The notes under the pieces are model-generated. The model was given only the letters and a program-made list of their open reading frames with translations. It was not told where the DNA came from and searched no databases. Positions 50,665 through 64,000 of a DNA stretch of 64,000 bases are shown here, piece after piece. Positions within the stretch are counted from its first letter, which is position 1. Each line of letters opens with the position of its first letter. Both the position numbers and the translations under genes were made by a program. The stretch is from the NCBI GenBank assembly GCA_026770705.1, contig JANJGN010000006.1, positions 39,246,001 to 39,310,000 on the forward strand, read 5' to 3'. The DNA is from Isurus oxyrinchus (Eukaryota).

Positions 50665-51730
50665 ATATAGGAATTGGAGTAAGCTATTCAGCCCCTTGAG
50701 CCTGCTCTACCATTCAATTAGATCACAGCTGATCCATTTACCCACCTTAGCTCGACATCGCTTGATAACATTATGCAATAAAAATCTAACAATCTCAGCC
50801 ATGAAAGCTCCAATTGTTCCAGCATCCACGGCCTTTTGGGGTAGATAATCCCAGATTTCTACTACCCTTTGTGTGAAAAAGTACCTCCTGATTTCCCTCC
50901 AAAATGACCTGTATTTCATTTTAAGATTATATTTTCTCATTATTGCTTCTCTCACCAGAGGATATATTTCCTCTGCATCTACCTTATTGATCAGATCACC
51001 CCTCAATCTCCTATATGCAAGGGTCTGTCTAAAGGCCAAATGTATGCAACCTGACCTCATAATTTAACCTTCTAAGCCAGTCTGGTGAACCTGCACTGCA
51101 CCTCCTCCAGGGCCAATTCATCTTCACTGAGGTGCAGAGCCCAAAAGTAAAGGATATATACAACTGAGGATAACTTTGTCTCCTTTCTAATTCAGCCACT
51201 TTCAGACAAGGCCAACTTTCCTTTCGCCAGTTTGATGCGTATCTTCTTGTATCTGTTCAGTAGCTTTAAATGATTTGTGCATTTAGTCTCCCAAATCGCT
51301 ATGCTCCTCTAACAGTTCCTATTTTCTCAACATTTAGAAATACCTTGATTTATCTTTCTTATGTCCAAAGCGGATGTCCTCTAGCTGCTGACATTAAACT
51401 CCATCTGCTGTCATGTTGCGCACTCACCTAATTCGCCTATGTTACAATTTCTTGTTCCCATCTACATGATTTGCTGTCCATCTTAAATTAGCGTCATTTG
51501 TAAACTTGGAAGTATACCTCTGTATTTCTTGATCCATGTCATTAATAAAAATGGTGAAAAGTTGAGCCACCAGAAAAGATCACTGGAGGCACCACTTACC
51601 ATCCTCTGAGTAAATGCCACTGATCCACATTCGTTCCCTTCTAGCGCCCAGCAAATTTACAACTGAAGTCAAAAGGCTATCTCCAATTTCATGTGCTCAA
51701 ATTTTAGTTAATAATTTTTGTGTGGAACTT
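50665..51730 (-). mobile_element. CR1 LINE 3' fragment (old)
   Basis: Minus strand encodes RRLRGDLI...FWREIRRYFFTQRVVEIWDYLPQKAVDAG. Confidence 0.8.
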
Positions 51731-53142
51731 TGGCAAAAATGGAACAGCTGTCGAACCTCCTTTGTCTATTTTATGAGCAATATTATGGTGAAAGAAATTT
51801 GTACAACATACTGAGCAGGACTTTGTGCTTTCTTAAAAAAATAAACTGATAACCAATGGGCATAGTGTCACAAGCCTGGAGAATCTTTTAATTCTGATTT
51901 AGTTGATTTTCCTGATTTTAGTTGAATGGATATAATCCAATAACTGCTGGATCTGTCTTATTTTTGGAATTGTTATTTCCTCAATCTTCTGATTGGTTTC
52001 CCTCAAAAAATGGATATAATTTGGGTATAATTTGGGTAAAACTATATGGAAGTCGTGTTAGAGTACCATCTTGCCAGTTCTCTGCCTATTTTGTTTTCCA
52101 CTTTGGTTTCCTTCTGGTGCAGGGATGCCCACCTGTCTACCAGTTTGCATATGTTAATAAGGCTTCAGTTTTTCACATTCTTCATACAATTACTTTGCAT
52201 TCCCACTGGGATAGCTTTTAATCAACACATTCATGTGAAATGGGCATCCACAATAGCTAGGGGCTGTTGCTAAAGAGCCCTATTTTGGAGACTGCCAGGA
52301 CAATTACAGCCCACTGTTTATTTTTCTGTTTGTTTCTCTTACTTTTGTTTGAATTTTGATACCTTTGTGGTAATTGCTGAACAGCTGATATTTTTCTCCA
52401 AAATTCATTAATATTACCACAATAGAAATTTCCCCATTACTTTTGTTTCTTGGGAGGAAGAAGGCAACAATCACTAGAGGGATGCAAGACTGTATGAAAT
52501 GTGCTCCACATTAACTCACTCATCCATTCAATCTGTATTTACAGCACAAGATGTACATACTTACAACAGTCAGAGGCATGGGCTTAGATTCACAAGAGAC
52601 GCTCTGAAACTGCAAAATGATCCTGAACCAACCTTGTGTACAGGCACAGTTCTATAATGGCTGAGAAGATCACAATAGACCTCTTTTGCCTCTAAGTTGT
52701 TCCAAGGGCCACAGGATGGTGCCATCTACATTAGTCAATGCACAGTCCATAATGCTTAGCTTAATGGACTAGAGTTTTTTCTTAACTTTGTAATTTCATC
52801 TCCTCCAATGAACAACCCATAATACCTTAGATGTTCCATTGCAAATGTCATTATCTGCATGAATCAGAAAGAATTCCACTTTACCTTCTTACAAGGATAA
52901 ATACATTTCAACTTGTTAATAACCATCAGCAAGTCATTGTTTTCTTCCGACACAGCTGTCATAATGCCTTCATTGTAAGCAGCCATGATCTTAGCATTAA
53001 TTAAGCCACTAAAACTAAATCTGAAGGTGACTGCTGTGTAATCAAGCTATCCTCAGGGAAAATGGCATCTCAGTGTACAGTATTCCAGGGCAGCAGTCAA
53101 ATACAAGTATAATGTGGTGCATGTTAAGTATCTTTCAAAAGG

Positions 53143-56100
53143 TTTAATTTAATTTAATGGGGTAAGTCATGGCAGGAGAGCTCAAAACCGTGATGTGTTC
53201 CCCCTGCTCTATGTGGGAAGCCAGGAATATTTCCAGTGTCTGGGGCCAGCTTGTGTGCGAGAAGTGTCTCCAGCTGCAGGTCCTAGAAGCCCAGGTTTTG
53301 TACCTGGAGTGGCGGCTGGGGACACAGTGGAGCATCCGTGAGGTGGAGAGTATAATGGAAAGCACATATAGAGAGTTAGTCACACAGTCCACAGGCAGGA
53401 AGGGAATGGATGACAACCAGACAAAGCAAGAGGACTAGACAGGCAGTGTAGGAATCTCCAGTGGCTATTCCCCTGCAAAACAGATATACCTCTTTGGATA
53501 CTGTTGGGGGGAAAGACCTCTCAGGGGAAAGCAGCCATAGTCAAATTCATTGCACCACGGTTGGCTCTACTGCACAACAGAGCAGTAAAAAGTGTGGGAA
53601 TGCAATAGTAATAGGGGATTCAGTTATAAGGAGAATAGATAGGCGTTTTTGTGGCTGCAAATGAGACTCCAGGATGATATGTTACCTTCCTGGTGCAAGG
53701 GTCAAGGATGTCTCAGAGCAGCTAGAGGACATTCTGAAGGGGGAGGGTGAACAGCCAATGGTTGTGGTGCACATTGGTACAAACGACATAGGTAAAAAAG
53801 GGATGAGGCCCTAAAAGCAGAATATAGGGAGTTAGGAAGTAAGTTGAAAAGTAGGACATCAAAGATAGTGATCTCAAGATTACTACCAGTGCCACATGCT
53901 AGTCAGAGTAGAAATAGCAGGATATATCGGATGAATACATGGCTGAAGAGACGATGTGAAGGGGAGGGTTTCAGATTCCTGGGTCATTGGGATCGGTTCT
54001 GGGGGAGGTGGGACCAGTACAAACTGGACGGGTTACACCTGGGCAGGTCCGGGACTGAGGTCCTCGGGGGAATATTTGCTAGAGTGGTTGGGGGGGTGGG
54101 GCGTTTAAACTAAAATGGCAGGGGGGTGGGAACCTATGCAAGGAGTCCGAGGAGGGGGAACCAAGGACAAGAACAAAAGACAGAAAGGGGAATAAGAAAA
54201 GTGATAGCAGATAAATCAAGGGCAAGAATTAAATGGGAACTCAGTGAAAAGTAGTGGAAACTGGACAAGTAATGTTAAAAAGACAAGCCTTAAGGCTTTG
54301 TGCCTTAACGCGAGGAGCATTCGCAATAAAGTGGATGAATTAACCGTGTAAATAGACGTGAACAGATATGATATAGTCAGGATTACAGATACATGGCTGC
54401 AGGGTGACCAGGGCTGGGAATTGAACATCCAGGGGTATTCAGTATTTAGGAAGGACAGACAAAAAGGAAAAGGCGGTGGAGTTGCATTGCTGATTAAAGA
54501 GGAAATTAGTGCAATAGTGAGGAAAGATATTAGCTCTGACGATGTGGAACCTGTATGGGTAGAGCTGAGAAACACTAAGGGGCAAAAAACGTTAGTGGGG
54601 GTTGTATATAGACTCCCAAACTATAGGGTGATGTTGGGAATGGCATTAAACAGGAAATTAGAGACGCGTGCAATAAAGGAACATCTGTAATTATGGGTGA
54701 CTTTAATCTGCATATAGATTGGGCAAATCAGATTAGTAACAATACTGTAGAGGAGGAATTCCTGGAGTGTGTACAGGATGTTTTTCTGGACCAATACGTT
54801 GAGGAACCAACTAGAAAGCAGGCCATTGTAGACTGGGTATTGTGTAATGAGAAAGGAATAATTGGCAATCTAGTTGTGCAAGGCCCCTTGGGATGAGCGA
54901 CCATAATATGATAGAATTCTTCATCAAGATGGAGAGTGACGTAGTTGATTCTGAGACTAGGGTCCTGAATCTTAATAAAGGAAACTATGATGGTATGAGA
55001 CGCGAGTTGGCTATGATGGATTGGGAAACATTACTTGAAGGGATGACAGTGGATAGGCAATGGCAAACGTTCAAAGAGCACACGGGTGAACTGCAACAAC
55101 TGTTTATTCTTGTCTGGCGCAAAAGTAAAATAGGAAAGGTGGCTAATCATGGCTTACAAGGGAAATTAGAGACAGTATTAGATCCAAGGAAGAGGCATAC
55201 AAATTGGCCAGAAAAAACAACAGACCTGAGGATTGGGAGCTCTTTAGAATTCAGCAAAGGAGGACCAAGGGATTGATTAAGAAGGGAAAAAAAGAGTACG
55301 AGAGTAAGCTTGCGGGGAACATAAAAACTGACTGTAAAAGTTTCTATCGGTATGTGAAGAGAAAAAGATTGGCAAAGACGAATGGACGTCCCTTACAGTC
55401 AGAAACAGGGGAATTTATAATGGGGAACAAAGAAATGATTGACCAACTAAATACATACTTTGGTTCTGTCTTCACAAAGGAGGACACAAATGACATACCA
55501 GAAATGTTGGGGAACACAGGGTTTAGTGAGAGAGAGGAACTGAAAGAAATCAGTATTAGTAGGGAAATGGTGTTGGAGAGATTGATGGGTTTGAAGGCCG
55601 ATAAATCCCTGGGGCCTGATAATCTACATCCCAGAATACTTAAGGAAATGGTCCTAGAAATAATGAATGCATTGGTGGTCATCTTCCAAGATTCTATGGA
55701 CTCTGGAACAGTTCCTACAGATTGGAGGGTAGCTAATGTAACCCCACTATTTAAAAAGGGAGGTAGAGAGAAAACAGGGAATTATAGACCGTTCAGCCTG
55801 ACGTTGGTAGTGGGGAAAATTCTAGAGTTCATTATAAAAGATTTAATAGTTGAGCACTTGGAAAACAGTGGCAGAATTGGACAGAGTCAGCATGGATTTA
55901 TGAAAGGGAAATTAAGCTTGACAAATCTACTGGAATTTTTCGAGGATGTAACTAGTAGGGTTGATGAGGGGGAGCCAGTGGATGTGGTTTATTTGGACTT
56001 TCAGAAGACTTTCGATAAAGTACCACATAAGAGATTAGCATGTAAAATTAAAGCACATGGGATTGGGAGTGTTGTATTGAGATGGATAGAAAACTGGTTG

Positions 56101-57140
56101 GCACACAGGAAACAAAGAGTAGGAATAAACGAGTCCTTTTCCGAATGGCAGGCAGTGACTAGTGGGTTACCGCAGGGATCGGTGCTGGGACCCCAGTTAT
56201 TCACAATATATATTAATGATTTAGATGAGGAAATTAAATGTAATATCTCCAAATTTGCAGTTGACACAAAGCTGAGTGGGAGGGTGAGCTGTGACGAGGA
56301 TGCAGAGATGCTTCAGTGTGTTTTGGACAAGCTGAGTGAGTGGGCAAATGCATGCCAGATGCAGTATAATATGAGGTTATCCATTTTGGTAGCAAAAACT
56401 GGAAGGCAGATTATTATCTGAATGGCTATAAATTGAAAGAGAATGTGCAACGAGACCTGGGTGTCCTCGTACACCAATCGCTGAAGGTAAACATGCAGGC
56501 AAATGGTATGTTGGCCTTCATAGCCAGAAGATTTGAGTACAGGAGCAGGAATGTCTTGCTGCAATTATACAGGGCCTTGGTGAGACCACATCTGGAATAT
56601 TGTGTGCAGTTTTGGTCTCCTTATCTGAGGAAGGATGTACTTGCTATAGAGGGAGTACAGCAAAGGTTTACCCGACTGATTCCTGGGATGGCGGGACTGA
56701 CATATGAAAAGAGATTGAGTCAGTTAGAATTATATTTGCTGGAGTTCAGAAGAATGAGGGGGGATCTCATAGAAACCTATAAAATTCTAACTGGACTAGA
56801 CAGGGAAGATGCAGGAAGGATGTTCCCGATGGTGGGGGAGTCCAGAACCAGGGGTCACAGTTTGAGGATATGGGGTAGACCATTTAGGACAGAGATGAGG
56901 AGAAATTTCTTCACCCAGAAAGTGGTGAGCCTGTGGAATTTGTTACCACAGAAAGTAGTTGAGGCCAAGACATTGTATATTTTCAAGAAGGAGTTAGATA
57001 TAACTCTTGGGGCGAAAGGGATCAAAGGATATGGGGAGAAAGCAGGAGCAGGCTCTTGAATTGGATGATCAGCCACAATCATAATGAATGGTGGAGCAGG
57101 CTCGAAGGGCCGAATGGCCTACTCCTGCTCCTATTTCTAT
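53143..57140 (+). mobile_element. Near-full-length decayed CR1 LINE (ORF1 zinc finger plus SGNH esterase; ORF2 APE endonuclease plus RT)
   Basis: ORF1 pieces CSPCSMWE..CEKCLQLQVL, IVIGDSVIR, DGLHL. ORF2 pieces CLNARSIRNK, MGDFN, SDHNMI, YLDFQKTFDKVPH, LPQGSVLGP, RPHLEYCVQFWSP. Multiple stops and frameshifts; (tatgtttc)n-type tail. Confidence 0.95.
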
Positions 57141-57779
57141 GGGCAGAATTTTCTGCCTATTGGGCGGGCGGGCCCAACCCAATCTCAGTTGGGCGGGGAG
57201 CTGAACCCCGCTGCGCCATTTTAAGTGGCGCTTCCTGTGCGGGCAGGGGGGATTCCCCAAATGCGAGAGTGCGCCCTATCGCGCATGTGCACGAAAGAGT
57301 GCACATCTCCCTGAGGCTGAGTGCTGCCTCAAGGAGTTCGCTGACAGTTGTGAAAACATTAAAAGTAGAAAAAAAAATCCTTAACATGTCCCCCTCATGT
57401 GACAATGTCACATGAGATGGGACATGGTCATAAATTTCACTAAAATTTTATTAAACTTTTAAAATCCCAACAGGAAACCTCATCCCACTGGTGGATGAGG
57501 TTTCATGTTTTCTTTATTCCCCGCTGGGGCTCCTGGCCTGCCCGCTGACCTTAAGGTTGGACGGATAGGTCCTTAAATTATTTTAATGGTCCTGTCAATG
57601 GCCTCAAATGGCCATTGACAGGTCGGCGGGCCCGCAGCTGATTTTGTTGTGTCCCTGCCTTCCTGAAAATTTAAATGGGGTGGGATGACATCGGGGGTTC
57701 CGCCCAACATCATCCTGCGTCATTTTATGTGTTGGCGAGCGGGCCCCGCCCCCTGCTCACCGATGACAAAATTCAGGCC
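57141..57779. mobile_element. MITE family A inserted in the CR1 tail
   Basis: TIRs gggcagaatttt / aaaattcaggcc; flanks TAT/TGT. Confidence 0.8.
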
Positions 57780-57790
57780 TGTGTTTCTAT

Positions 57791-58426
57791 GGGCAGAATT
57801 TAGCCCTTGGCTGGTGGGCGGGCAGCCGACCCCCGCCCCTGAAACGGGGCCCGCCGCCAGTGGCCTGCCCGACAGGAAGCGCTATGTGGGGGGGGGGGGG
57901 GGGGGGGGGGTGGAGGGAATCCATATCTGTCAAAGCACGAAAGAATGCACTGCTCCCTGAGGCAAAGTCCTGTCTCAAGGAGATTCATGAGAGGTAAGTA
58001 AACTCTAAAAATAGATAAATATTAAAATTATTAACGTGTCCCCCACATGTGACAATGTCGCACGAAATGGGACATGTTAGTAATAAACACATAAAATTTA
58101 TTACATTTTTAAAAAAAATCCATGAAACTTCATCCCGCCAGTGGATGAAGTTTCATTAATAATCTGCAGCCTGCTGGGGCTCTTGGCCTGCCCACCAGCC
58201 TTAAGGTTGGCCAGGCAGGGTGTTTAATAAGATTAATTAGCCGTCAATGGCCTTATTTGACCATTGACAGGTCGGTGGGCGGACAGCTGATTTCGCTGTC
58301 CGCCTACCTTCATGAATATTTAAAGGGACCGGGTTGAGGTCAGGGGTTCCTCCTGACATCATCCCACGTCATTTGCCCCGTGGTGAGCAGCCCCGCTCCC
58401 AAATCACCAAGGGGAAAATCCTGGCC
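57791..58426. mobile_element. MITE family A subfamily inserted in the next unit of the CR1 tail
   Basis: TIRs gggcagaattt / aaaatcctggcc; TAT/TAT TSD. Confidence 0.8.
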
Positions 58427-58731
58427 TATGTTTCTATATACCTACTGGAGCAACACAGCCTGGCTAAAGTTTCAAGCATTGTGGTAATGTGTTGCATCTC
58501 ATATAATGTGCCCTGCAAATTGGCATCATCATAGAGGTGACCAAGAAAGAAGACCTGGAGTGCTGCAGAGAGAGGAACAAGAGGAGTAGAAACCACTTGA
58601 AAACTTGTGAAAGGGAGCCTGATGCTAGTTGAAAGAGCTGCCGGGCATGTGATCATTCACATTATGTATTAATACAGTGGGCATTTTTAAATGTTCCCAT
58701 TGCTTTCACTGTCCTAACTACAGCTTCCTGT

Positions 58732-59288
58732 GGGAAAAATTTTCCATCTGGCAAGCAGGGGCGGGGCCCACTCGCCAGTGCATAAAATGACGCGCGGTGA
58801 CATTGGGGCGGAGGTCCCAACGTCACCGCATGTCATTTAGATTTTCCGTTCGGCGGGCGCACAGCTGACTTGGCTGCGTGCCCGCCAAACTGCCAAAGGC
58901 CTGTTCAGGCCTGTTTAAAAACTAATCTAAACAGTTAAATGAGCTGCCTGAGCAATCTTTAGGTTGGTGGGTAGGTGAAGAGCCCAGGCGGCCTTTGCAT
59001 TTTTCATGAAACCTCATTCACGGGTGGGATGAGATTTCATGAAGCATTTTAAAATTAAATAAAAATTACTTTAAAAAATTCGTTGACATGTCCCAGCTCA
59101 TGTGACACTGTCACATGAGAGGACATGTCTTAAAAGTTTTTAATTCCTTTATTTAGTTGTTTAAAATTTAAACAAATCTCCCTGAGCACCCAAGCCCGCA
59201 CAGGGAGTGCTCAGCCCATGTAAAACGACAGTGCGGACCTGATTGGGGGCACCAATTGGGATTGCACCCGCCCCCGCACAACCCCCCA
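58732..59288. mobile_element. MITE family A, truncated, same orientation as the 6865 copy
   Basis: Aligns with 6865-7520 (ggggcccactcgcc..taaaatgacgcgcggtgac; gaaacctcat..gggatgagatttc); right TIR missing. Confidence 0.75.
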
Positions 59289-59319
59289 TGTCTTGTACAA
59301 ATATTTAGAAACTTAATAC

Positions 59320-59700
59320 TATAGGAACATGGGAAATAAGAGCAGGAATAGGCTATTCATCCCCTCAAGCCTGCTTCACCATTCAACTAGATAATAGCTG
59401 ATTTTCTACCTCAACGCCATTTACCCCTACTATCCCCATATCCCTTGATATCATTCATATCGAGAATGTATCGATCTTTGTCTTGAATGTACTCAGTGAC
59501 TAAGACTCCACAGCCCTCTGGGCTAGAGAATTCTTAAGATTCACCACCCTCTGAGTGAAGAAATTCCTCCTCCTCCTCAGTCCTAAATGGTTCACCTCAT
59601 GTTCTGAGACCGTGTCCCCTGGTTGTAGACCCCCAAGTCAGGAGAAACATCCTTCCTGCATCTACCCTGTCGAGCCATGTAAAACTTTGTATGTTTCAAC
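59320..59700 (-). mobile_element. CR1 LINE 3' end fragment
   Basis: Reverse complement of the CR1 3' end (accaccctctgagtgaagaaattcctcctc). Confidence 0.8.
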
Positions 59701-60334
59701 AATGCCTTAAGCCTTTGAAGCAACTGACAAATATTACATTCCTACTACGTGATGAAATATACTTGAAATTTCTTTCAAGAACACTTTTTAGCTTCACTAC
59801 AACAAGATTTTCAATGTCATAACATGCTGCATGTGACTGTCTAGTGTTTTATTCCATCAAGCATCCCCTTGATGACAATGCATGATGTGCATGCTTTCAT
59901 ATCTAGTCTATTGCATTATCCATTTACTACCTGTGTCGCTGGAGTATGTGACATGGCTGACTGATGTGTGTGCAAAAGTACTTCTGGGGATTGAGGTGGT
60001 CCTGAGATAGATCAACAGCATTCTCCACCTTTTGCACAACTGCACAGGCAACCTAGCCTCATATGAGCAGCCATCAGAGAGAATTGCTGGAGTGCAGATA
60101 GGGGTAGATGTTTGAAGTCCTGTAGGTCAACACTACCTTAATATGGTTACCATATGAAAGGGAACTATTGGCACCAGTGGTATCAGTGAAGCATAGTTTG
60201 TAGTTCTTTTTAACTGAACAGCAAGTTTCTCTAAACTAAAAGAGATAGCAATTCCACTGGACACCTACAAATCTTTATAACAAAAATCTGAGCATTCCTG
60301 GTAAAATGAAGTGTGCAAAAATTTGGTAGGGTGG

Positions 60335-60665
60335 AAGTGGTGAAGATGTTTCCACTGGTGGGAGAGTTCAAAATGAGGACCATGAGTATTAATAGTCACA
60401 AAAAATGCATAAGGAATTCAGGAGAAGTTTCTTTAACCAGAGAGTGGTGAGAACATGAAACATGCTGGTGCATGGAGTGGTTGAGGTGACAAGCATCAGA
60501 TGCATTTAAGGGGAAGTTAGATAAGTGCACAATGGAGAATGGAATAGAAGAATATGCTGATAGAGTGAGGTGAAGAACAGTGGGAGGAGGCTCATATGGA
60601 GCATAAACATCAGCTTAGACCTTTTGGGCTGATGGGTCTGGTTTCTGTGTAATAAAATTCTTTGT
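60335..60665 (+). mobile_element. CR1 LINE 3' end fragment
   Basis: gaagatgtttccactggtgggagag...aggagaagtttctttaaccagagagtggtgagaa. Confidence 0.7.
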
Positions 60666-62969
60666 AAACCTGTCATAGAGGATTACAGGTTTACAACTAA
60701 TGGATTCCTCTACACGATTGCCAGCTGCAGCTATTGTTTGTCACAAACCCCCCGCCACCCATACTTGCAGAAACCATCTTTCTTTTGATGTGTTTCAGAT
60801 CCCTGGGCACCTCAGCCAAAGAATGATACTGCATGAACTGACTTTCAGGACATAGGTTCCTACTGTTCCTCTGTCATTGGCAGCTGCTTCATCTCACTTC
60901 TTGCTTGTACCCAATGCTTTCTAGGGATTCACTGAGAGCTTTGACAGTAATTCAAGAATGTTTGGGAGGGGGGGGAGATTATTTCAATTATAATGGTGGT
61001 GCATACCACGCTGAACTAAGAGAATGGTGCAGCATGTTCTTTTACCTTGGATGACTTAATAAGGACATTAAAGGGGTAATTCTGCAATCCATTTCTCCCA
61101 ATGCTGAGATATGCATGCAAGACATGCAGAACAGAGAATTGGACTACAACTTGATCAAATTTCTTGCATTGTGCTGTTTCCACCTCTTGCCTTTCTTATT
61201 GGATGCTTGCCTGGGGTGCTATGGGCTCTGTCTTAAAGAGAGTCCTACTCCCTTCTTCCGTCAGGATTCCTGTGATGCCATTAGGGTGCTCTGTGTCTCG
61301 TTGGACTGCTTACAGACAATTTTCCAAACAGAAGGGCGTGGCCTCCAAATCTTGCTGCTACGCGCAATTTTCTACTTCTTCCTAGATGATCTCCCAAGTG
61401 TGCCACAGGTGTGCCCCATGCTGCAAGCTCATTGAGACTATGCAAACATTGCTCATCCTGGAAATACAAATGAGGTTAACATACTATAGGTTATTCGTGT
61501 ACTTTCTGCATGGAATATTTCTGGCCTGGTATTAATTTTAATTTGATTAACACCATCAATGAAATGGCTGACTCGGTAATGCCCTACGAATGAGTTAAAT
61601 GTTTGTTTGCCGTTGTTACCAATTATAATTTGCATCTCAACCTATGCGTACATCAGCTTAAGTTGTAGATATTAATTCAAGCCCCTTGCATTGCTAGGTT
61701 CAGTAATTTTTTCAAGTCACTACACCTAATGACGTTAGTTCTATATTTAAATGTAAACATTTCACAAATTACAAAAACAGAGCTGTAGGATGTTTACATT
61801 AATCATATTTCTTTATATCTGTTGTCTTTGTATAGGGTCTTAATATAAAGACTATGATTAAGATAAATTTATAGTTTTTATTTTTCTGATGGCATCTTGA
61901 GAATGAATGAATTACACCCAGAAAGGCACAAGATGTATTTGCTTGGAGGAGTCTGAACTGCATTGGTTCAGAAGATCAATGATAGTTTGAGGGTGGGTCA
62001 GAATGTAAACGATTGGTCAGTGAAAAGAAAGGGTGTGAAAGTGGAAGACATGACCAAGAAGAGAATGGAGATGGGGAAAGCAATAGACTCGAAAAGGGTT
62101 TTGAGAAGTATATAAGAAAGTGAACAATGATTTTATTTTTCAAAAAAAAAATGAAAATAGAAGACAATGCATAATCAAAATGTACAGAAGTTCTTTTTAA
62201 GGCAGTTGAACGTGGAACTTTCCATTTTTAAAAATTTATAGTGGGCCTGTAATTTGTTTTAGTAACGGCCAGTTAAGGCTACTTCAGTGAAAGCTACTGA
62301 TAGAATACTTGAGCACACAATGTGATGCTGCACTAAGTACATGATGCAACATCCTGGCTCTTGGTAAATAATCCCAGAATAGCATGCCTGGTAATGTTAG
62401 GAGAGATCCACCCAGTAAAATAGCTTCTTTTACAGCAAACTGCTGTAAGTAGCAAATAATTTTGGCAAGGCCACCCACACCTGACTTGAAGATCAGTTAA
62501 CTTCAATTGTACATGTTTTTAATTATAAACACATCTAATGCTATGGTGCTACCAAAGATTGCGAAGCGTATATTATCCCTGTTGTTCACGCATGAAAAAT
62601 AAACCATTCCTTTCTAACCCATAGATATGTCACAAAGTTAGAAATACACATTGGCAAATTTACAACAACTCTCCACCCAGACAGCAAACTGGAGTTTAGA
62701 TCAACTGGGCATTACAAAAATCAATGGAAGGGCAAATCAGGCAATAGTTTTTAATGGACAGCTAATCTGTGATGCCAGTATGACTCGCAGACAGAAAGAT
62801 GAAAATTTACCCCATAACATCACTATAGTTGGGTTTACTAACTCTGAACCAGAGATGACAAAAATTGGCCAAGTTTACCGGTTTATATTGCTAATTTTGG
62901 AAGTCAACATTTGTGGACAACTTGATTTGGCTATAATGGCTGATTCATCAAATTGCTTCCCAACACAGA

Positions 62970-63050
62970 GATAAAAACGTGAACTCTTTTCTTCTCCGCC
63001 GATGCTGCCAGACCTGCTGAGTTTTTCCAGGTAATTCTGTTTTTGTTTTG
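62970..63050 (+). mobile_element. Penelope-like terminal-repeat fragment
   Basis: gatgctgccagacctgctgagtttttccaggtaattctgtttttgtttt, matching 4680-4730. Confidence 0.6.
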
Positions 63051-64000
63051 CTTCCCAACACACACTGTCCATGCTTAATGCATGAAGATAATTGAGTCAA
63101 ATTATTAGCGAGCTACTGGTTCTCATGAAGATATTGTAACAAGACTTAACACTTGCAGGGAGGAAGGGTCAGGGGAGAAAATCAGAGGAGAGATCATTTT
63201 AATTCTTTTAATTTCCTCCAATCAGAGTCATCAAGAAGAGGAACCTCGTAAATTGCATCGAATTAAATATGTGTACTGCTAACACTGTTTCTGAAAGCTT
63301 GTCATTAAGTGCATACTTTCCTGATCTAATGTCTCTTTCTTGTAGAGCCCTGTCTAAATTGGCTAATTTATTTTGCTTCCCTATTAAAACCTGTTATCTC
63401 ATTTGCATGTCTCCACCTCGTTTCTATTCAGTTTCAACATTGGAACCTGAGCCCCACCTTATTTTTCTTCTACAGTCTTCCTCACCTTCCCATTTTTGAC
63501 CTTATACCCTTTTTTTATCTTAATTATCTCTTAACTCAACCATAATATAGTCTAAAATAAGCAGCCTTAATCCCTGCCTGATTTAATCCCTACAAATCAC
63601 CAGCAGTTTTCTCTTTCTGCATTTCAAATGTTCTTTGCCAGGTGCTGAATGAACTTTGCCATCTCGAGAGCAGTTGCTTCATATCAAATTATGAGAACTA
63701 ATGAAGTGCTTTCCAGGTTTCACAGTTCTTCTAGGGAATGTAATTAGACTTTTAATGAACAGATAGAGATTTTTGTGTTATGCCAAGTACACAATGTCAG
63801 ATTGTCCACCCAGGGGTAATGCCTGGATCTTCAATGGGATTCCCTTTGAGGCAGGATAAGGAAGAGACAGTCCAATGTATTTAATAGTCAAGTGTTGATT
63901 TACTACTGCTGACTGGGACCTCTGCTATTTAGGCTGGGCAATGTAGCCAGCACTGAGCAACAAAGTGTCTATCAGGGAAGAAGTGAGAATATATAGTTTT

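Noticed and set aside
55204-56421. 405-aa ORF as an active reverse transcriptase
   Set aside because: It is a fragment of a frameshifted CR1 ORF2, and the catalytic FADD is mutated to FAVD.
57887-57910. Poly-G run of over 20 nt
   Set aside because: Expansion of a short G-run found at the same position in sister MITE copies; homopolymer length may also be a sequencing artefact.
61115-61470. 106-aa ORF and overlapping ORFs
   Set aside because: No recognisable homology or splice support.
49521-64000. Further MYT1L exons (next expected NPDMEVDENGTLDLSM-like exon)
   Set aside because: Not found by eye or in the ORF track; probably beyond the window, though a short exon could have been missed.

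Overview
This is vertebrate genomic DNA, most likely from a shark or other chondrichthyan, judged from its repeat content (CR1, L2, RTE, Penelope, Deu-type SINEs). The window lies inside MYT1L on the + strand. It holds two consecutive coding exons (15074-15285 and 49270-49520) separated by a ~34 kb intron; the rest is intronic and mostly transposon-derived. There is also a frameshifted orphan histone H2B copy and a near-full-length decayed CR1 LINE. The standout is a 1.66 kb array at 46575-48234, flanked by a single perfect 15-bp target-site duplication. It consists of six head-to-tail copies of a 142-nt tRNA-headed (Pol III A/B-box) unit separated by unique spacers, and every full unit is preceded by an oligo-T run. 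One spacer carries an unrelated tRNA-Leu-like sequence with its own T-terminated trailer. The architecture suggests a chain of independent Pol III transcripts from different source loci, joined during one retrotransposition event. That mechanism is inferred, not shown. All coordinates were read by eye, and repeat family names come from motif recognition, not database searches.
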